DNA of 64,000 bases, taken from contig CAZPHB010000001.1 of assembly GCA_964586595.1 (NCBI GenBank), positions 263,849-327,848 on the forward strand. Direction: 5' to 3'. The notes under the pieces are model-generated. The model saw nothing but the letters and a program-made list of their open reading frames with translations. It searched no databases and had not been told where the DNA came from. Source of the DNA: an uncultured Flavobacteriaceae bacterium. Lineage in GTDB: Bacteria; Bacteroidota; Bacteroidia; NS11-12g; UBA955. Both the position numbers and the translations under genes were made by a program. The first letter of the stretch is position 1. The number at the start of each line of letters is the position of its first letter. Positions 8,498 through 18,723 of the stretch are shown in pieces.

Positions 8498-11074
8498 ATG
8501 TCGCATTGTTCCCCGAGGGGTCTAATTTTTCTCCTGCTGCTGTTTTTGGCATCATGCAAAACCAGTGAAAGCTGGCTTCCCAGGCAATGGCACAACACCA
8601 TAGCGCATTACAACACCTATTTCAACGCAAGGGAAAAGCTGCGCGCCACGGAGAAAACATCCAGAGAAGGGTTTACCGACCGTTTCGACAAAGTGCTGGA
8701 AATCTATAATTACGGTGATGAAGCTGCCTTGCGAAACAACGGTGGCGCCATGGATGAAATACTGAAGAAAACGAGTAATCTGGTGGATCGTCATCCAAAA
8801 AGCAAATGGGTAGATGATGCTTACATGCTCATGGCCGCTTCTTATTTCCTGAGGGGCGATTTTCAAGCCTCGAGGGAATTGTACCAGTATGTTTTCTCAC
8901 GTTTTCAGGATCCGGTAGTAAAAGCGGCCAGTCAAATAGGCGTTTTCCGCTGCCTTTACATGAACGGCAAATTAGGTGAAGCCGAAAGTTTGATCAGCCA
9001 GCTGCGCAACGATAAGAGTTTCCCAAAGGAGCTCCGTTATGAGTTGGATGAAGCTCAGGCTGCGCTGTACATCAGCCAGGAAAAATACGCTGCAGCTGCA
9101 GAACCACTTGGTCGATTGGTTCAAACCACCAAAAACAGGACCCAAAAAGCCAGGCTGTACTTTATTCTCGGACAGGTATTGCAAAGAAGTGGCAAATTCA
9201 ATCAGGCGGCAGCCCATTATGCCCATGTGGTAAAATTGAATCCGCCCTACGAGATGGCATTCAACGCCAAAATCAATCAGGTACTGGCCTTGAATTCAGG
9301 AACTTCCGGCAACCTCAGACAGGCCCGAAACCTGCTGAAGCAACTGCTTAAGGATGATAAGAACTTTGATTATCTGGATCAGATTTACTTCCGTCTTGCC
9401 GAAACTGAAGTCAAAGACAAAAATTTCCCCAAGGCCATTGAATATTACCAATTGTCTTTACGCAACAACAAAGGCAACAAAGTACAAATGGCCACTTCAT
9501 ACCTGGCTTTGGCAGATTACTTCTTCAACAAACAAGATTTTGAACGCTCCGGTTATTACTACGACAGTGCCGTTGCCTCCATTCCTAAAGAAAGTCCTGA
9601 TTACAACAGCATTGCCCAAAAGAGCATGATGCTTGGAGAACTTGTTCGTCATCTATCAACCATTCGCGAACAAGACAGCCTGCTGCAACTGTCATCCAAC
9701 AAACAATTGCTGGAGCGCACGATTGATCGGCTGATTGCTGCAGAACAGGCGCGCAAACAAAAAGAGCAGCAACAACCATCGGTTCCAACACCGCAAGTAC
9801 CACCCGGATTTCAACAAGACCCGGGCGCCGGAGCCAGCGTATTCCCCTTCTACAATGCAACTTTGCGCGCACGCGGGTACAATGAATTTGTGAGGCTCTG
9901 GGGACAGCGTGAAAACCGCGACTATTGGCGCGTAAAGAACATGCGGATCAATCCGGATCCTTCCTTAAGCAACAACCAGGATCCCGGAACAAGCAGTGAT
10001 TCCGCGAATGCGGCATTTACAGCAAACGTGCCGGCAGATCGAAAAAAATATTACGACGCCATACCGTTCTCGGAAAAAGCTAAAAAAGACGCCGGCGAGA
10101 AAATTGCACAGGCCTTTTTTGGTGCCGGAAATGTGTACCGCGAAAAGCTGCAGGATTGCAATCAGGCCAACAATATGTACCTCAAAATGATGGAGCGTTT
10201 TCCGAAGCATGGCCTGGAACCTCAGGTATTGTTTAATCTGGTGAAGTGCTATCGATTGTTGGGCAACAATCAGGCGGCGGCCACTTATGAGGAAAAATTG
10301 GCAGCTGATTATCCGAACAGTACCTACCTGAATGTATTGAGGCAACAATCTGGAAGAGACAGCAACATCAATGCAGCTGTTCAAAAAAACACCGAAAGTT
10401 CCGAAGTAGAACAGCTGTACCGCAGCATGTACCAACATTTTAAGGCAGGAAATTACCAAAAAGCCATGCAGGAGAAACTTTCGGCGGACAAGCGCTTCAG
10501 CGGCAACTCCCTGCAGGCACAATTTGACTACCTCTATGCCTTGTGTACCGGCTACACCGGGAAAACAGAACAGGCCATAGTGCTGATGCGTGCCATTACC
10601 TCTGATTATTCGGGAACAGCCATTGCAGCGCAAGCCTCAGAAGTGGTGCTTGCCTGGGAAAAGAAAAACGGCAGCGATGCCACAACACCGGAGGCAAGCA
10701 ACAGCAATGCCTTTAACTGGAACCCTAAGGATGATTTGTTCTTTTTGGTCATCTTTCAAAGAGGGACCGACGCCAATAAAGTGCGCGCTGCTTTGGCAGA
10801 CTACAACAACCGAAACCACCCGTTGAAAAAATTGGAAGTAGGAAAACCAACCATTTCCGGCGACAGATACCTGATCAATGTAACTGGCTTTGAAAACAAA
10901 GAAGTCCTGCGCTCATACCTGCTGCAAACCAGTACGCAAAATGAGTGGAAACAAAATGCCGGCGCCGACGGTGATTATTTCTGCTGTTTGATCAGCCAGA
11001 CCAACTACCTGTTGTTGCTGAAAAACGGACAAACAGCCGCATACCAAAAACTCTTCGAACAATCATTCAAATGA
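8498..11074 (+). CDS. TPR-repeat lipoprotein, SprE/PorW-like (candidate T9SS / gliding accessory protein)
   Basis: 858 aa with lipoprotein signal MSHCSPRGLIFLLLLFLASC (lipobox LASC) and many TPR-like helical repeats (AYMLMAASYFLRGDF..., ALADYFFNKQDFERSGYYYDSA...). Size, lipoprotein nature and TPR content match F. johnsoniae SprE. This assignment is from memory of the family, not from a search. Confidence 0.85.
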   Translation: MSHCSPRGLIFLLLLFLASCKTSESWLPRQWHNTIAHYNTYFNAREKLRATEKTSREGFTDRFDKVLEIYNYGDEAALRNNGGAMDEILKKTSNLVDRHPKSKWVDDAYMLMAASYFLRGDFQASRELYQYVFSRFQDPVVKAASQIGVFRCLYMNGKLGEAESLISQLRNDKSFPKELRYELDEAQAALYISQEKYAAAAEPLGRLVQTTKNRTQKARLYFILGQVLQRSGKFNQAAAHYAHVVKLNPPYEMAFNAKINQVLALNSGTSGNLRQARNLLKQLLKDDKNFDYLDQIYFRLAETEVKDKNFPKAIEYYQLSLRNNKGNKVQMATSYLALADYFFNKQDFERSGYYYDSAVASIPKESPDYNSIAQKSMMLGELVRHLSTIREQDSLLQLSSNKQLLERTIDRLIAAEQARKQKEQQQPSVPTPQVPPGFQQDPGAGASVFPFYNATLRARGYNEFVRLWGQRENRDYWRVKNMRINPDPSLSNNQDPGTSSDSANAAFTANVPADRKKYYDAIPFSEKAKKDAGEKIAQAFFGAGNVYREKLQDCNQANNMYLKMMERFPKHGLEPQVLFNLVKCYRLLGNNQAAATYEEKLAADYPNSTYLNVLRQQSGRDSNINAAVQKNTESSEVEQLYRSMYQHFKAGNYQKAMQEKLSADKRFSGNSLQAQFDYLYALCTGYTGKTEQAIVLMRAITSDYSGTAIAAQASEVVLAWEKKNGSDATTPEASNSNAFNWNPKDDLFFLVIFQRGTDANKVRAALADYNNRNHPLKKLEVGKPTISGDRYLINVTGFENKEVLRSYLLQTSTQNEWKQNAGADGDYFCCLISQTNYLLLLKNGQTAAYQKLFEQSFK

Positions 11075-11093
11075 GGCACTGTTGTCCCGGACG

Positions 11094-11101
11094 TATATTT
11101 G
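11094..11101 (+). promoter_or_regulatory. Bacteroidota -7 promoter element TATATTTG upstream of the PBP1A gene
   Basis: Exact TAnnTTTG match (TATATTTG) ending 10 nt before the ATG at 11112. It lies 20 nt after the stop of the upstream TPR gene. Confidence 0.4.
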
Positions 11102-11111
11102 ACCAAGCTTT

Positions 11112-13328
11112 ATGAACGCCAAGACACAAGGATTGCTCATCCCGCGTTTCTGGAATATGCTCTTTACAGGAGTCGGTTTTTCCATCCTCTTTTTTGTAAT
11201 GGTGAATTTCGGACTTTTTGGAACCCTTCCGGACATCAAAGAACTGGAAAATCCGAACAGCGCACTGGCCAGCGAGGTGTTGAGTGAAGACGGTGTGGTA
11301 TTGGGCAAATATTACAGGCAAAACAGAACCAACATCAGCTTCAATGAGCTATCGCCCAACATAAGGGAAGCTTTGATTGCCACCGAGGATGTTCGCTATT
11401 TAAAACATTCTGGCATTGACTTCCGCGGACTGCTCCGTGCGGTTGTGTTTATGGGTCGGGAGGGTGGCGCCAGCACCATTTCGCAGCAACTGGCCAAAAA
11501 CTTGTTTTCAGACAAACCCAAAATGAAAATCACCCGAGTGCTGCAAAAGTTTAAGGAATGGGTGATTGCCGTGCAACTGGAACGCCGATACACCAAAGAG
11601 GAAATTCTGGCCATGTACCTCAATACAGTTCCATTTTCCGGGCATTCTTTTGGCATCAAAGCAGCAGCAAACGAATTCTTCAATAAAGCGCCGTCCGATT
11701 TAAGCCAACAAGAAGCCGCTGTTTTGGTAGGCATGCTGAAGGCACCAACGGCCTATAATCCGAAAAGAAATCCGGAACGGGCGCAGAAAAGGAGAAATGT
11801 GGTGCTTTCTCAAATGGTGAAAGCAGGTTTCATGCGCGCAGGGCAATACGATTCCCTGAAAACTCAGGCCATCAAACTCGATTACCAGCCGGCCGGTGAA
11901 GAAGGCATGGCCCCTTATTTCAGGGATGTTTTGGCAAAAGACCTGGAAGTTTGGTGTGAAGATCATGGCTACGACCTGTATAAAAGCGGTTTGCGCATCT
12001 ATACCACCATCAACAGCAAAATGCAGCGCTATGCGGAAGATGCGGCCATGAGGCACATGAAAGAAAATCAGGCAAACTTCAACAAGGGCTGGGGGAAAGA
12101 TCAACCCTGGAGGTACATCGAAAATTACAAGGTCATTCCCGGTTACATCGAAAAAGAACTGAAACGCACAGAGCGCTATGCTTCGCTGAACAAAAAGTTT
12201 GATGGCGATGAAACAGCCATCATCAAAGAACTGAAAAAGCCGGTAAAGATGACGGTTTTTAGCTGGCGCGGCGATCTGGATACGGTCATGAGTCCCTACG
12301 ATTCCATGGCTTATGCCAAGCGATTTCTGCATTGCGGGTTCATTGCCATCGATCCTGCTACCGCCGAAGTAAGGGCTTGGGTTGGGGGCATCAACCACAA
12401 GTTTTTCCAATATGACCATGTAAACCGAAAATCTTCGCGACAAATTGGTTCTACCTTCAAACCATTTGTGTACGCCTCTGCCATCGACATTAACAAAACG
12501 AGTCCTTGTACCAGCTTCCCCAGAGAATACACTACCTTTTACGGTTACGGCAAACCCTGGACACCGCGCAACTCTGACGGCACTTCGGGCGGAACCCTGA
12601 CCATGGCGCAGGGTTTGTCGCGCTCCGACAACCTGATTACGGCGCAGATCATGAAGAGCCTGGGTCCGGAAGCTCCGGAAACCGTCATCAGAATGGCTGA
12701 ACGAATGGGTGTTGAAAAAGGGCGTATTCCTGCAGTTCCTTCAATCTGTTTGGGTACCCATGAATTGTCGCCTTTCGAAATGGCCGGAGCATTTACCACG
12801 TTTGTAAACCGCGGCCTTTGGATTGAACCAACCTACCTCACACGTATTGAAGACAAGAACGGAAATGTGCTGGCCGAGTTTACAGAAAAGAAGCACGATC
12901 AGATCCTCAGTGAGGAAAAGGCTTACCTCATCTACCGCATGCTGGAAGGAGTGGTCAATAATGGAACAGCTGCCAGACTGCGCTACAGATTCGGCTTGAA
13001 AGGTTCATTAGGAGGAAAAACGGGAACTACCCAGGGCAACGCCGACGGATGGTATATGGGAGTAAGCACCGAATTGGTATGTGCCAGCTGGGTTGGCGGC
13101 GATGATCCTTCCATCAGGTTCCGAAACATGGCCGCCGGACAGGGTGCCAGCTCTGCCCTGCCCATCTATGGTTATTTCATGCAAAAAGTTCTGGCCGATG
13201 CCAGCTTGGGAATCACTTGTCCACCGCTTGAACCTCCCAACGGGCCACAAACCATATTGTCTGATTGTGGCCCGCCGGAAGCTACCAATTACGCCGAAGG
13301 CAATGAATTGGATGAATACGGAAAGTAA
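11112..13328 (+). CDS. mrcA: Class A penicillin-binding protein (PBP1A; bifunctional GT51 transglycosylase / transpeptidase)
   Basis: 738 aa. N-terminal TM, GT51 motifs (EDVRYLKHSGIDFRGLLRAV, GASTISQQLAKN), and transpeptidase motifs STFKP (SxxK), SRSDN and KTGTT. Confidence 0.93.
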   Translation: MNAKTQGLLIPRFWNMLFTGVGFSILFFVMVNFGLFGTLPDIKELENPNSALASEVLSEDGVVLGKYYRQNRTNISFNELSPNIREALIATEDVRYLKHSGIDFRGLLRAVVFMGREGGASTISQQLAKNLFSDKPKMKITRVLQKFKEWVIAVQLERRYTKEEILAMYLNTVPFSGHSFGIKAAANEFFNKAPSDLSQQEAAVLVGMLKAPTAYNPKRNPERAQKRRNVVLSQMVKAGFMRAGQYDSLKTQAIKLDYQPAGEEGMAPYFRDVLAKDLEVWCEDHGYDLYKSGLRIYTTINSKMQRYAEDAAMRHMKENQANFNKGWGKDQPWRYIENYKVIPGYIEKELKRTERYASLNKKFDGDETAIIKELKKPVKMTVFSWRGDLDTVMSPYDSMAYAKRFLHCGFIAIDPATAEVRAWVGGINHKFFQYDHVNRKSSRQIGSTFKPFVYASAIDINKTSPCTSFPREYTTFYGYGKPWTPRNSDGTSGGTLTMAQGLSRSDNLITAQIMKSLGPEAPETVIRMAERMGVEKGRIPAVPSICLGTHELSPFEMAGAFTTFVNRGLWIEPTYLTRIEDKNGNVLAEFTEKKHDQILSEEKAYLIYRMLEGVVNNGTAARLRYRFGLKGSLGGKTGTTQGNADGWYMGVSTELVCASWVGGDDPSIRFRNMAAGQGASSALPIYGYFMQKVLADASLGITCPPLEPPNGPQTILSDCGPPEATNYAEGNELDEYGK

Positions 13329-13332
13329 TCCC

Positions 13333-14010
13333 TCAGCGGGTTTCGCTTCTTAAGAATGACTGTACGTTGAGATTGGTCGGGTCAAACGCGGCGGCAGCAC
13401 TCCCCTTGCGGATGATGCGCACTTGATTCAACATCGTTCCATCGGTAATGGCATTTACCACATCCTGTCCTGAAACCACATGTCCAAATACAGAATGACG
13501 GAAGTTCAGCCAGGGCGTTTCTTTGTGGGTAATGAAAAACTGACTTCCATTGGTCATTGGGCCGGCATTGGCCATGCTCAACACACCTGGCTTGTCGTGC
13601 AGCAACTCAGGATGAAATTCGTCGATGAAACGATAACCCGGACCACCGGAACCGTTGCCAGACGGATCGCCACCCTGAATCATAAAATCAGGAATACAGC
13701 GGTGAAAAGTAAGTGAATCGTAGTAAGGTACTCCGGCAGGTTTTGCAGTATTCTTGATTCTACCTTCTGCCAATCCCACGAAATTTGCCACGGTGAGTGG
13801 CGCTTTTTCAAATTCGAGGCTGCAAATAATGGTGCCTTTGGCGGTGTTAAACTCAGCATACAGGCCATCAGGATACGCCTGATAAGCTTCCGGAACAATG
13901 TTGTTGATTTCCATGGTTTTTTTTGAAGTGTCTTTGCGTGTCATGCAACCCGATATTGCGATGCCCATCAGGCTGCCGATGATTAGTTTTTTGGTGGTAT
14001 TGAATGTCAT
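13333..14010 (-). CDS. Cyclophilin-type peptidyl-prolyl cis-trans isomerase, lipoprotein
   Basis: FHRCIPDFMIQGGDP and SMANAGPMTNGSQFFIT are cyclophilin motifs. The start is placed at MTFNTTKKLIIGSLMGIAISGC (signal peptide plus lipobox). The longer ORF-track N-terminus would overlap the upstream gene. Confidence 0.88.
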   Translation of the reverse strand: MTFNTTKKLIIGSLMGIAISGCMTRKDTSKKTMEINNIVPEAYQAYPDGLYAEFNTAKGTIICSLEFEKAPLTVANFVGLAEGRIKNTAKPAGVPYYDSLTFHRCIPDFMIQGGDPSGNGSGGPGYRFIDEFHPELLHDKPGVLSMANAGPMTNGSQFFITHKETPWLNFRHSVFGHVVSGQDVVNAITDGTMLNQVRIIRKGSAAAAFDPTNLNVQSFLRSETR

Positions 14011-14312
14011 GATGTTTGTGTGCGTATTTTCAAAGGTAATTTTTGCCAAACCATTTGGTAGGAATGTGCAATCATCTGGCTTAGAAAATCCTGGCTTAAC
14101 CCAGCCAACGAAACGGTGTTCCAATGTGTTTTGTTCATGTGGTAACCGGGCTTTATCTGAGGAAATTCACTGCGCCATTGCACCGATAATTCAGGATCAG
14201 CTTTCAACGTAAGGGCATCTGCTGCACTCATGCTGATGAGCGCAAAAATCCTTCCGCCAACCCTAAACACCAGCACATCATCGTCAAATGGTACATCCTC
14301 GGTAACCATAGG
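14007..14312 (-). CDS. MmcQ/YjbR family DNA-binding protein
   Basis: The motif ...PGYHMNKTHWNTVSL... is characteristic of the YjbR/MmcQ family. The start is placed at MVTEDVPFDDD. The stop overlaps the PPIase start by 4 nt. Confidence 0.65.
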   Translation of the reverse strand, partial: PMVTEDVPFDDDVLVFRVGGRIFALISMSAADALTLKADPELSVQWRSEFPQIKPGYHMNKTHWNTVSLAGLSQDFLSQMIAHSYQMVWQKLPLKIRTQTS

Positions 14313-14392
14313 ATGCGATAAACAGGTATTTCTGATCCATTCCAAATGCAAAACGTGGATTTTTAAGTGGTGGCAAAGGTAATTCGACTGCT

Positions 14393-14400
14393 TAATTTTG
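14393..14400 (+). promoter_or_regulatory. Bacteroidota -7 promoter element TAATTTTG upstream of the MORN-repeat gene
   Basis: TAnnTTTG match ending 7 nt before the ATG at 14408. Confidence 0.4.
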
Positions 14401-14407
14401 AAAACCA

Positions 14408-15442
14408 ATGAAGCACCTGAGCACGACACTGCTAATGATTACCTTCTGTGGAACAATCCTCACCGGAACTGCCCAAAGTCGGATCAAGTTTGAAGGACTT
14501 ACCATTAAAAATGAAACTGCATTTTTCCGGGGAAAACCCTTCACAGGTGTTTCTGTGGCCACCTACGAAGACCAAACCATGAGGGAAGAAGTACTTTGGA
14601 AGAATGGGTTGATGGACGGTGTGAAAACTGAATATTATCAAGGTGCAGGCGTACATGCCAGAATCAGCTTCCGCGAAAACAAGCGCCATGGCACCTTTAC
14701 CTATTACTATAGAAACGGCCAGCCAAAACTGAAAGGAACCTATGTGTATAATGTGTTGAACGATACCCTTTGGTCTTGGTACATGAACGGCCAATTGCAA
14801 TACCTTCATGTGTATGACATGGGCATGCGCACAGGTTCCATCCGTACGTGGTTCAGGAACGGTGCACCCGAACAAGTATGTGCACTGGTAGGTGGCAAAC
14901 CTCATGGGCCGATGTACAACTACTACGCCGACAGCAGCCTGCGCAGCATCATCCATTATCAAAGAGGCGTTCGAGAGGGTTCCGCCTATACCTGGCACAA
15001 TACGGGCTGCCTTGCTGAGGAATCTTATTACAAAAACGGAATGCTCGACAGCGTGCAAAGGGTTTACGACAACCTGCGCTGCGAGTTGATCAAAAGCGGA
15101 TTCTACCAAAAAGGCCAGAAGGAAGGGGTGTTTATGCAATTTGACTTCTTAGGCGATACCCTTTCCATGGAAACCTGGAGAAACAACAAGCTGCACGGCA
15201 GCTATACCACTTGGCTGAATGGGAAACGTGACACAGAGGGCACCTACAGCAACGGTGTACCAAATGGTTACTGGAGCTACGGAAAAGAAAGTCATTACCA
15301 GTGGCGGGAAGGTGAATACGATGAAGGCATTCAAATTGGAACCTGGTGGTATTACGACAGTGAAGGGCGTAAACTGATGAAGCAGGTTTTTGATGATCAG
15401 GGGAATTTGCTGGAAGAGAAAATTTTCAAGAAACTCAAATGA
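14408..15442 (+). CDS. Secreted MORN-variant repeat protein (YwqK-family repeats)
   Basis: Signal peptide MKHLSTTLLMITFCGTILTGTAQS followed by about 10 copies of a G-x-W-x-x-YY-x-NGQ type repeat (TEYYQGAG, TYYYRNGQPKLKGTY, SWYMNGQLQY...). Confidence 0.8.
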   Translation: MKHLSTTLLMITFCGTILTGTAQSRIKFEGLTIKNETAFFRGKPFTGVSVATYEDQTMREEVLWKNGLMDGVKTEYYQGAGVHARISFRENKRHGTFTYYYRNGQPKLKGTYVYNVLNDTLWSWYMNGQLQYLHVYDMGMRTGSIRTWFRNGAPEQVCALVGGKPHGPMYNYYADSSLRSIIHYQRGVREGSAYTWHNTGCLAEESYYKNGMLDSVQRVYDNLRCELIKSGFYQKGQKEGVFMQFDFLGDTLSMETWRNNKLHGSYTTWLNGKRDTEGTYSNGVPNGYWSYGKESHYQWREGEYDEGIQIGTWWYYDSEGRKLMKQVFDDQGNLLEEKIFKKLK

Positions 15443-16086
15443 ACCGCAACCCGGACTCCTTGCTGGTGGGCATCAGCGGCCTGAGCGGCAGCGGCAAAAC
15501 ATTCATGCTCAGCCACCTGAAAACAGCTTTGGGTGCCAATGCCTGCTTCATTTCCATGGACGACTACTACAAGCCGTATGAACAGCAACAGCAGGATGAA
15601 CAAGGCGTTACCAATTTCGATCTTCCCGATGCGCTGGAATACGAACGTTTCATCACCGATGTAGCACAACTGCTCATGGGCCGGCCGGTCATGTTGCGCA
15701 AATACCAGTTTGAAAACTTCGGCGCCGAAGAACAATTTATCCAGCTAGACCCCGCACCTATTGTCATTGCTGAAGGATTGTTTGTGTTTCACTTTCCGGA
15801 AGTACGGAACCAAATGTCGCTGCGCTTTTTCATTGAGTCTGACCTGGCTATTTCGTTGCAGCGACGTTTAGACCGTGACACCCGCGAACGCGGCATCACG
15901 CTGGAACGCAGCCGATACCAATGGGATCATCATGTGATGCCCGGTTATCAGAAATACGTGCTTCCCTGGCGCGACTCATGCGATTTGATCATCCACAACC
16001 ACGGCGCTCCAGACGCACATATTTCCGAAATGGAACAGCGCATCATGGAGGCGTTGTCACCGGAAGCAATGGCGCGCCTGGTGTAA
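15439..16086 (+). CDS. udk: Uridine kinase
   Basis: P-loop GISGLSGSGKTFM, the DDYYK motif, and ...RRLDRDTRERGITLERS... match uridine/cytidine kinase. The ATG overlaps the stop of the preceding gene (ATGA). Confidence 0.88.
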   Translation: MNRNPDSLLVGISGLSGSGKTFMLSHLKTALGANACFISMDDYYKPYEQQQQDEQGVTNFDLPDALEYERFITDVAQLLMGRPVMLRKYQFENFGAEEQFIQLDPAPIVIAEGLFVFHFPEVRNQMSLRFFIESDLAISLQRRLDRDTRERGITLERSRYQWDHHVMPGYQKYVLPWRDSCDLIIHNHGAPDAHISEMEQRIMEALSPEAMARLV

Positions 16087-16091
16087 AAGGC

Positions 16092-18617
16092 TTAAAAATT
16101 CACACCAAAACTCAGCTTGACGCCAAAATTCCGGGCCCCAGCAGCAGTGCGGTAAGTTAACCTGTGTACCGCATCCACCCTGAAAAATTTCAGGATGTTT
16201 TCAATACCGTAGCCCAATTCCAGGTACGGATCGCGGTCGTTGAACGTGGTAAATGGCGTTACCTCCAAACCGTTAAAACTCCGCGGCTGCAAAGCACGGT
16301 TGCCGTCAGAAAGCGTACCATAAATAGCTTTGGCCGTAATCACTTCCCTCCACTTGAAATTTCGAATCAACGGCAAACGGTTGCAGATAAGTCCGCCGAG
16401 GTGATGGTCCACGGCAAGTGCAAAACTCCGATCGGTGATGAATTCAAACAGGTTCATTTGATTATAGGCACGCTGACTGTACACAAAGGACTGATTTCCC
16501 ACGTGCACGTTGAGCAAAGGATATGGCAGGGTTTGAAAGGTCTGGGAAAATTCCGCCACCAGATGTGTGCGTCCGGCCAGGCCCCAGGTTTGGGTGAAAT
16601 CTGCCGAGGCTTTGATTTTATCGTAGGAAAATTCCCCACCCAAAACATCTTTAAATCCGTGGGTATAGTTCAGGTAGAAAACCACACCTTCCGTGCGCAC
16701 CTGAATGCGCTCATTGTCGTTCACCAGAAAATAATCCCTTGGTGCAAAACGAAAATCTACCGTCATGGTGGTGGTATTAAACCGATTTACCGCGCTGCCG
16801 GAATCGCGGAAGTCGCGCAAATACGCAAACACATAATTGCCTAAGGGCTTAAACTGATAATCGCGGGTGCGCAGTGCGATATTCATCCTCAAGCCACGGG
16901 AAACATCGCTGCCCCATTTGAGTACATTTTCGGTGGTAAAATTCAACTGATTGCTGGTGAGCAGGTTAAAAGCGGTAAACATGCTGCTCCCAAAATCAAC
17001 ATCCGTAATGCCAATTTGATCTACATCGGCACGTCGATAGGCCATAATGGTGGTCCATTTTTTCCGATTGAGGATGTGGGTGGCCTGAAGCTCGTATTTA
17101 AACCGTTGATCATTATACCCATAGGCGCCAAAACCCTTGAGCATCCATTTGTTGGAAAAGTGGATATTGGTTTCAAATCCTATCCTGTTTCTAAACCCTT
17201 CCCAGGGATTATAACTGACCAGATACTGGTAAGGACCGATGCCAATTCCGTCTTTCTTCACATAACCATCAACCAGAAAATTCACCACATCCACATACGT
17301 GCGCATGATGGGCAGATTTACCAGCGTATCAATCTTGTTGAATACGCGTTGCTCGGCGCCGGTAAGAGGTTCATGTCGTGCTTCCTGCCAGAACGAATCC
17401 GGTTTCTGCAGGGCCTGCCCGGAAACACCCACCTTTTCAGCATAAAATGACATGGGCCGGCCTTGATTTACCTTGATGTTCCGATAAGTTGTTGTGGAGG
17501 TGGCCACCAAACCTGCGGCCTTGGTATTCACCTCTACAACATCCACAAGGATGCGGCTTTTGGTATTGATCCAGGCTCCGGTTTCGGTAGGTTCGTATTC
17601 CTGAGTAATCTTAAACTTCTCTACATAATTAAGGTTGGAAGAATTATTGACTTCCAGGGCCAGACGCATTAGGGCGAAGCTGGAATCTTCAATCCAGATA
17701 TTGCCCGTAAACGCCAAATCTTTTGGATTGCGTGGCCTGATTTTTATGTTGTATATCTTCCGCGGACCGGAATCATCTACCTCGGCAATTTTTACAGAAT
17801 ACACGGCCAGCGCAGCCGCGCTGATGGGTGATACCAACCCTTTATCCAGCAAAACAATGGTATTCTGATAAAAATTATAGCTCACAAAAGAGGAACCCAA
17901 TACCTGAGCTACCAGGGTTCCGTCCTGAATCCCAACGCCTTTTACACGGGTTGCCTTGATTTGTTCTTTCCATATTTTCGGATTCCTGTTGTAGTAATAA
18001 TCGCTGAGCGACTCGCTCATAAATACCGGCAACACCGATTTCTGGCTGTCGGCGCTCAGGATGGAAATGGTATCAAATAAGGGCCCAATCTGTTGACCCA
18101 GCTTTCGCTTCTTTAAAGCTTCCGAGATATTGTTCACCGCAATGGTGATGCGGGTAAAACTCTCACATTCCCATTGGTCAAGCTTGTCGGGGTCGTTGCG
18201 CTCCCTAAATTCCGCCGCTTTTTTAATGATGCGCTCTGCGGGATTTCCTTTCACGCGGATGACCAGTTCACGATCCAAAACCTCCCGTCTTTTTAATTCA
18301 AAATTTAATTCAATGGAAGGCAAACTGTCGGGAATCCGGAGGCTGAGCTGTTCATAACCTGTATAGCTGCACCACAGCGAATCGGCACGTTTCAAGGTGC
18401 GCAGTTGGTAATATCCTTCAAAATCTGTGCGTACAACTTCCTTGTAATCACCCAAAACAACCAATGCATAGGCAAGCGGTTCACGGGTTTCGGACGCAAT
18501 CACCCTTCCGTGGATCCATTGTTCCTGCGCTTGTACCTTTCCGGTAATTCCAAGGAACAACAGCAACGCCAGCAGCGACAACTTATTCACGCAACTGTTG
18601 AATAACCTCAAATGCAT
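16092..18617 (-). CDS. Large outer-membrane-type protein with N-terminal carboxypeptidase-regulatory-like domain (DUF5686-like)
   Basis: Start placed at MHLRLFNSCVNKLSLLALLLFLGITGKVQAQ (signal peptide). A CarboxypepD_reg-like segment follows (WIHGRVIASETREPLAYALVVLGDYKEVVRTDFEGYYQL). The ~750-aa beta-rich remainder ends in an aromatic C-terminus (...FGVKLSFGVNF), typical of OM barrels. The ORF-track 5' extension to 18926 overlaps the divergent gene and is rejected. Confidence 0.75.
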   Translation of the reverse strand: MHLRLFNSCVNKLSLLALLLFLGITGKVQAQEQWIHGRVIASETREPLAYALVVLGDYKEVVRTDFEGYYQLRTLKRADSLWCSYTGYEQLSLRIPDSLPSIELNFELKRREVLDRELVIRVKGNPAERIIKKAAEFRERNDPDKLDQWECESFTRITIAVNNISEALKKRKLGQQIGPLFDTISILSADSQKSVLPVFMSESLSDYYYNRNPKIWKEQIKATRVKGVGIQDGTLVAQVLGSSFVSYNFYQNTIVLLDKGLVSPISAAALAVYSVKIAEVDDSGPRKIYNIKIRPRNPKDLAFTGNIWIEDSSFALMRLALEVNNSSNLNYVEKFKITQEYEPTETGAWINTKSRILVDVVEVNTKAAGLVATSTTTYRNIKVNQGRPMSFYAEKVGVSGQALQKPDSFWQEARHEPLTGAEQRVFNKIDTLVNLPIMRTYVDVVNFLVDGYVKKDGIGIGPYQYLVSYNPWEGFRNRIGFETNIHFSNKWMLKGFGAYGYNDQRFKYELQATHILNRKKWTTIMAYRRADVDQIGITDVDFGSSMFTAFNLLTSNQLNFTTENVLKWGSDVSRGLRMNIALRTRDYQFKPLGNYVFAYLRDFRDSGSAVNRFNTTTMTVDFRFAPRDYFLVNDNERIQVRTEGVVFYLNYTHGFKDVLGGEFSYDKIKASADFTQTWGLAGRTHLVAEFSQTFQTLPYPLLNVHVGNQSFVYSQRAYNQMNLFEFITDRSFALAVDHHLGGLICNRLPLIRNFKWREVITAKAIYGTLSDGNRALQPRSFNGLEVTPFTTFNDRDPYLELGYGIENILKFFRVDAVHRLTYRTAAGARNFGVKLSFGVNF

Positions 18618-18723
18618 ATTTTTCAGCCTGCAAAAAAACAACCTTTCGGGCACAGATTTTTTTCCTGATCGAAATGCATCTGTGTGGGCAATGCCGTTGT
18701 TTCTAAGCATCTTTGTCATCAGG

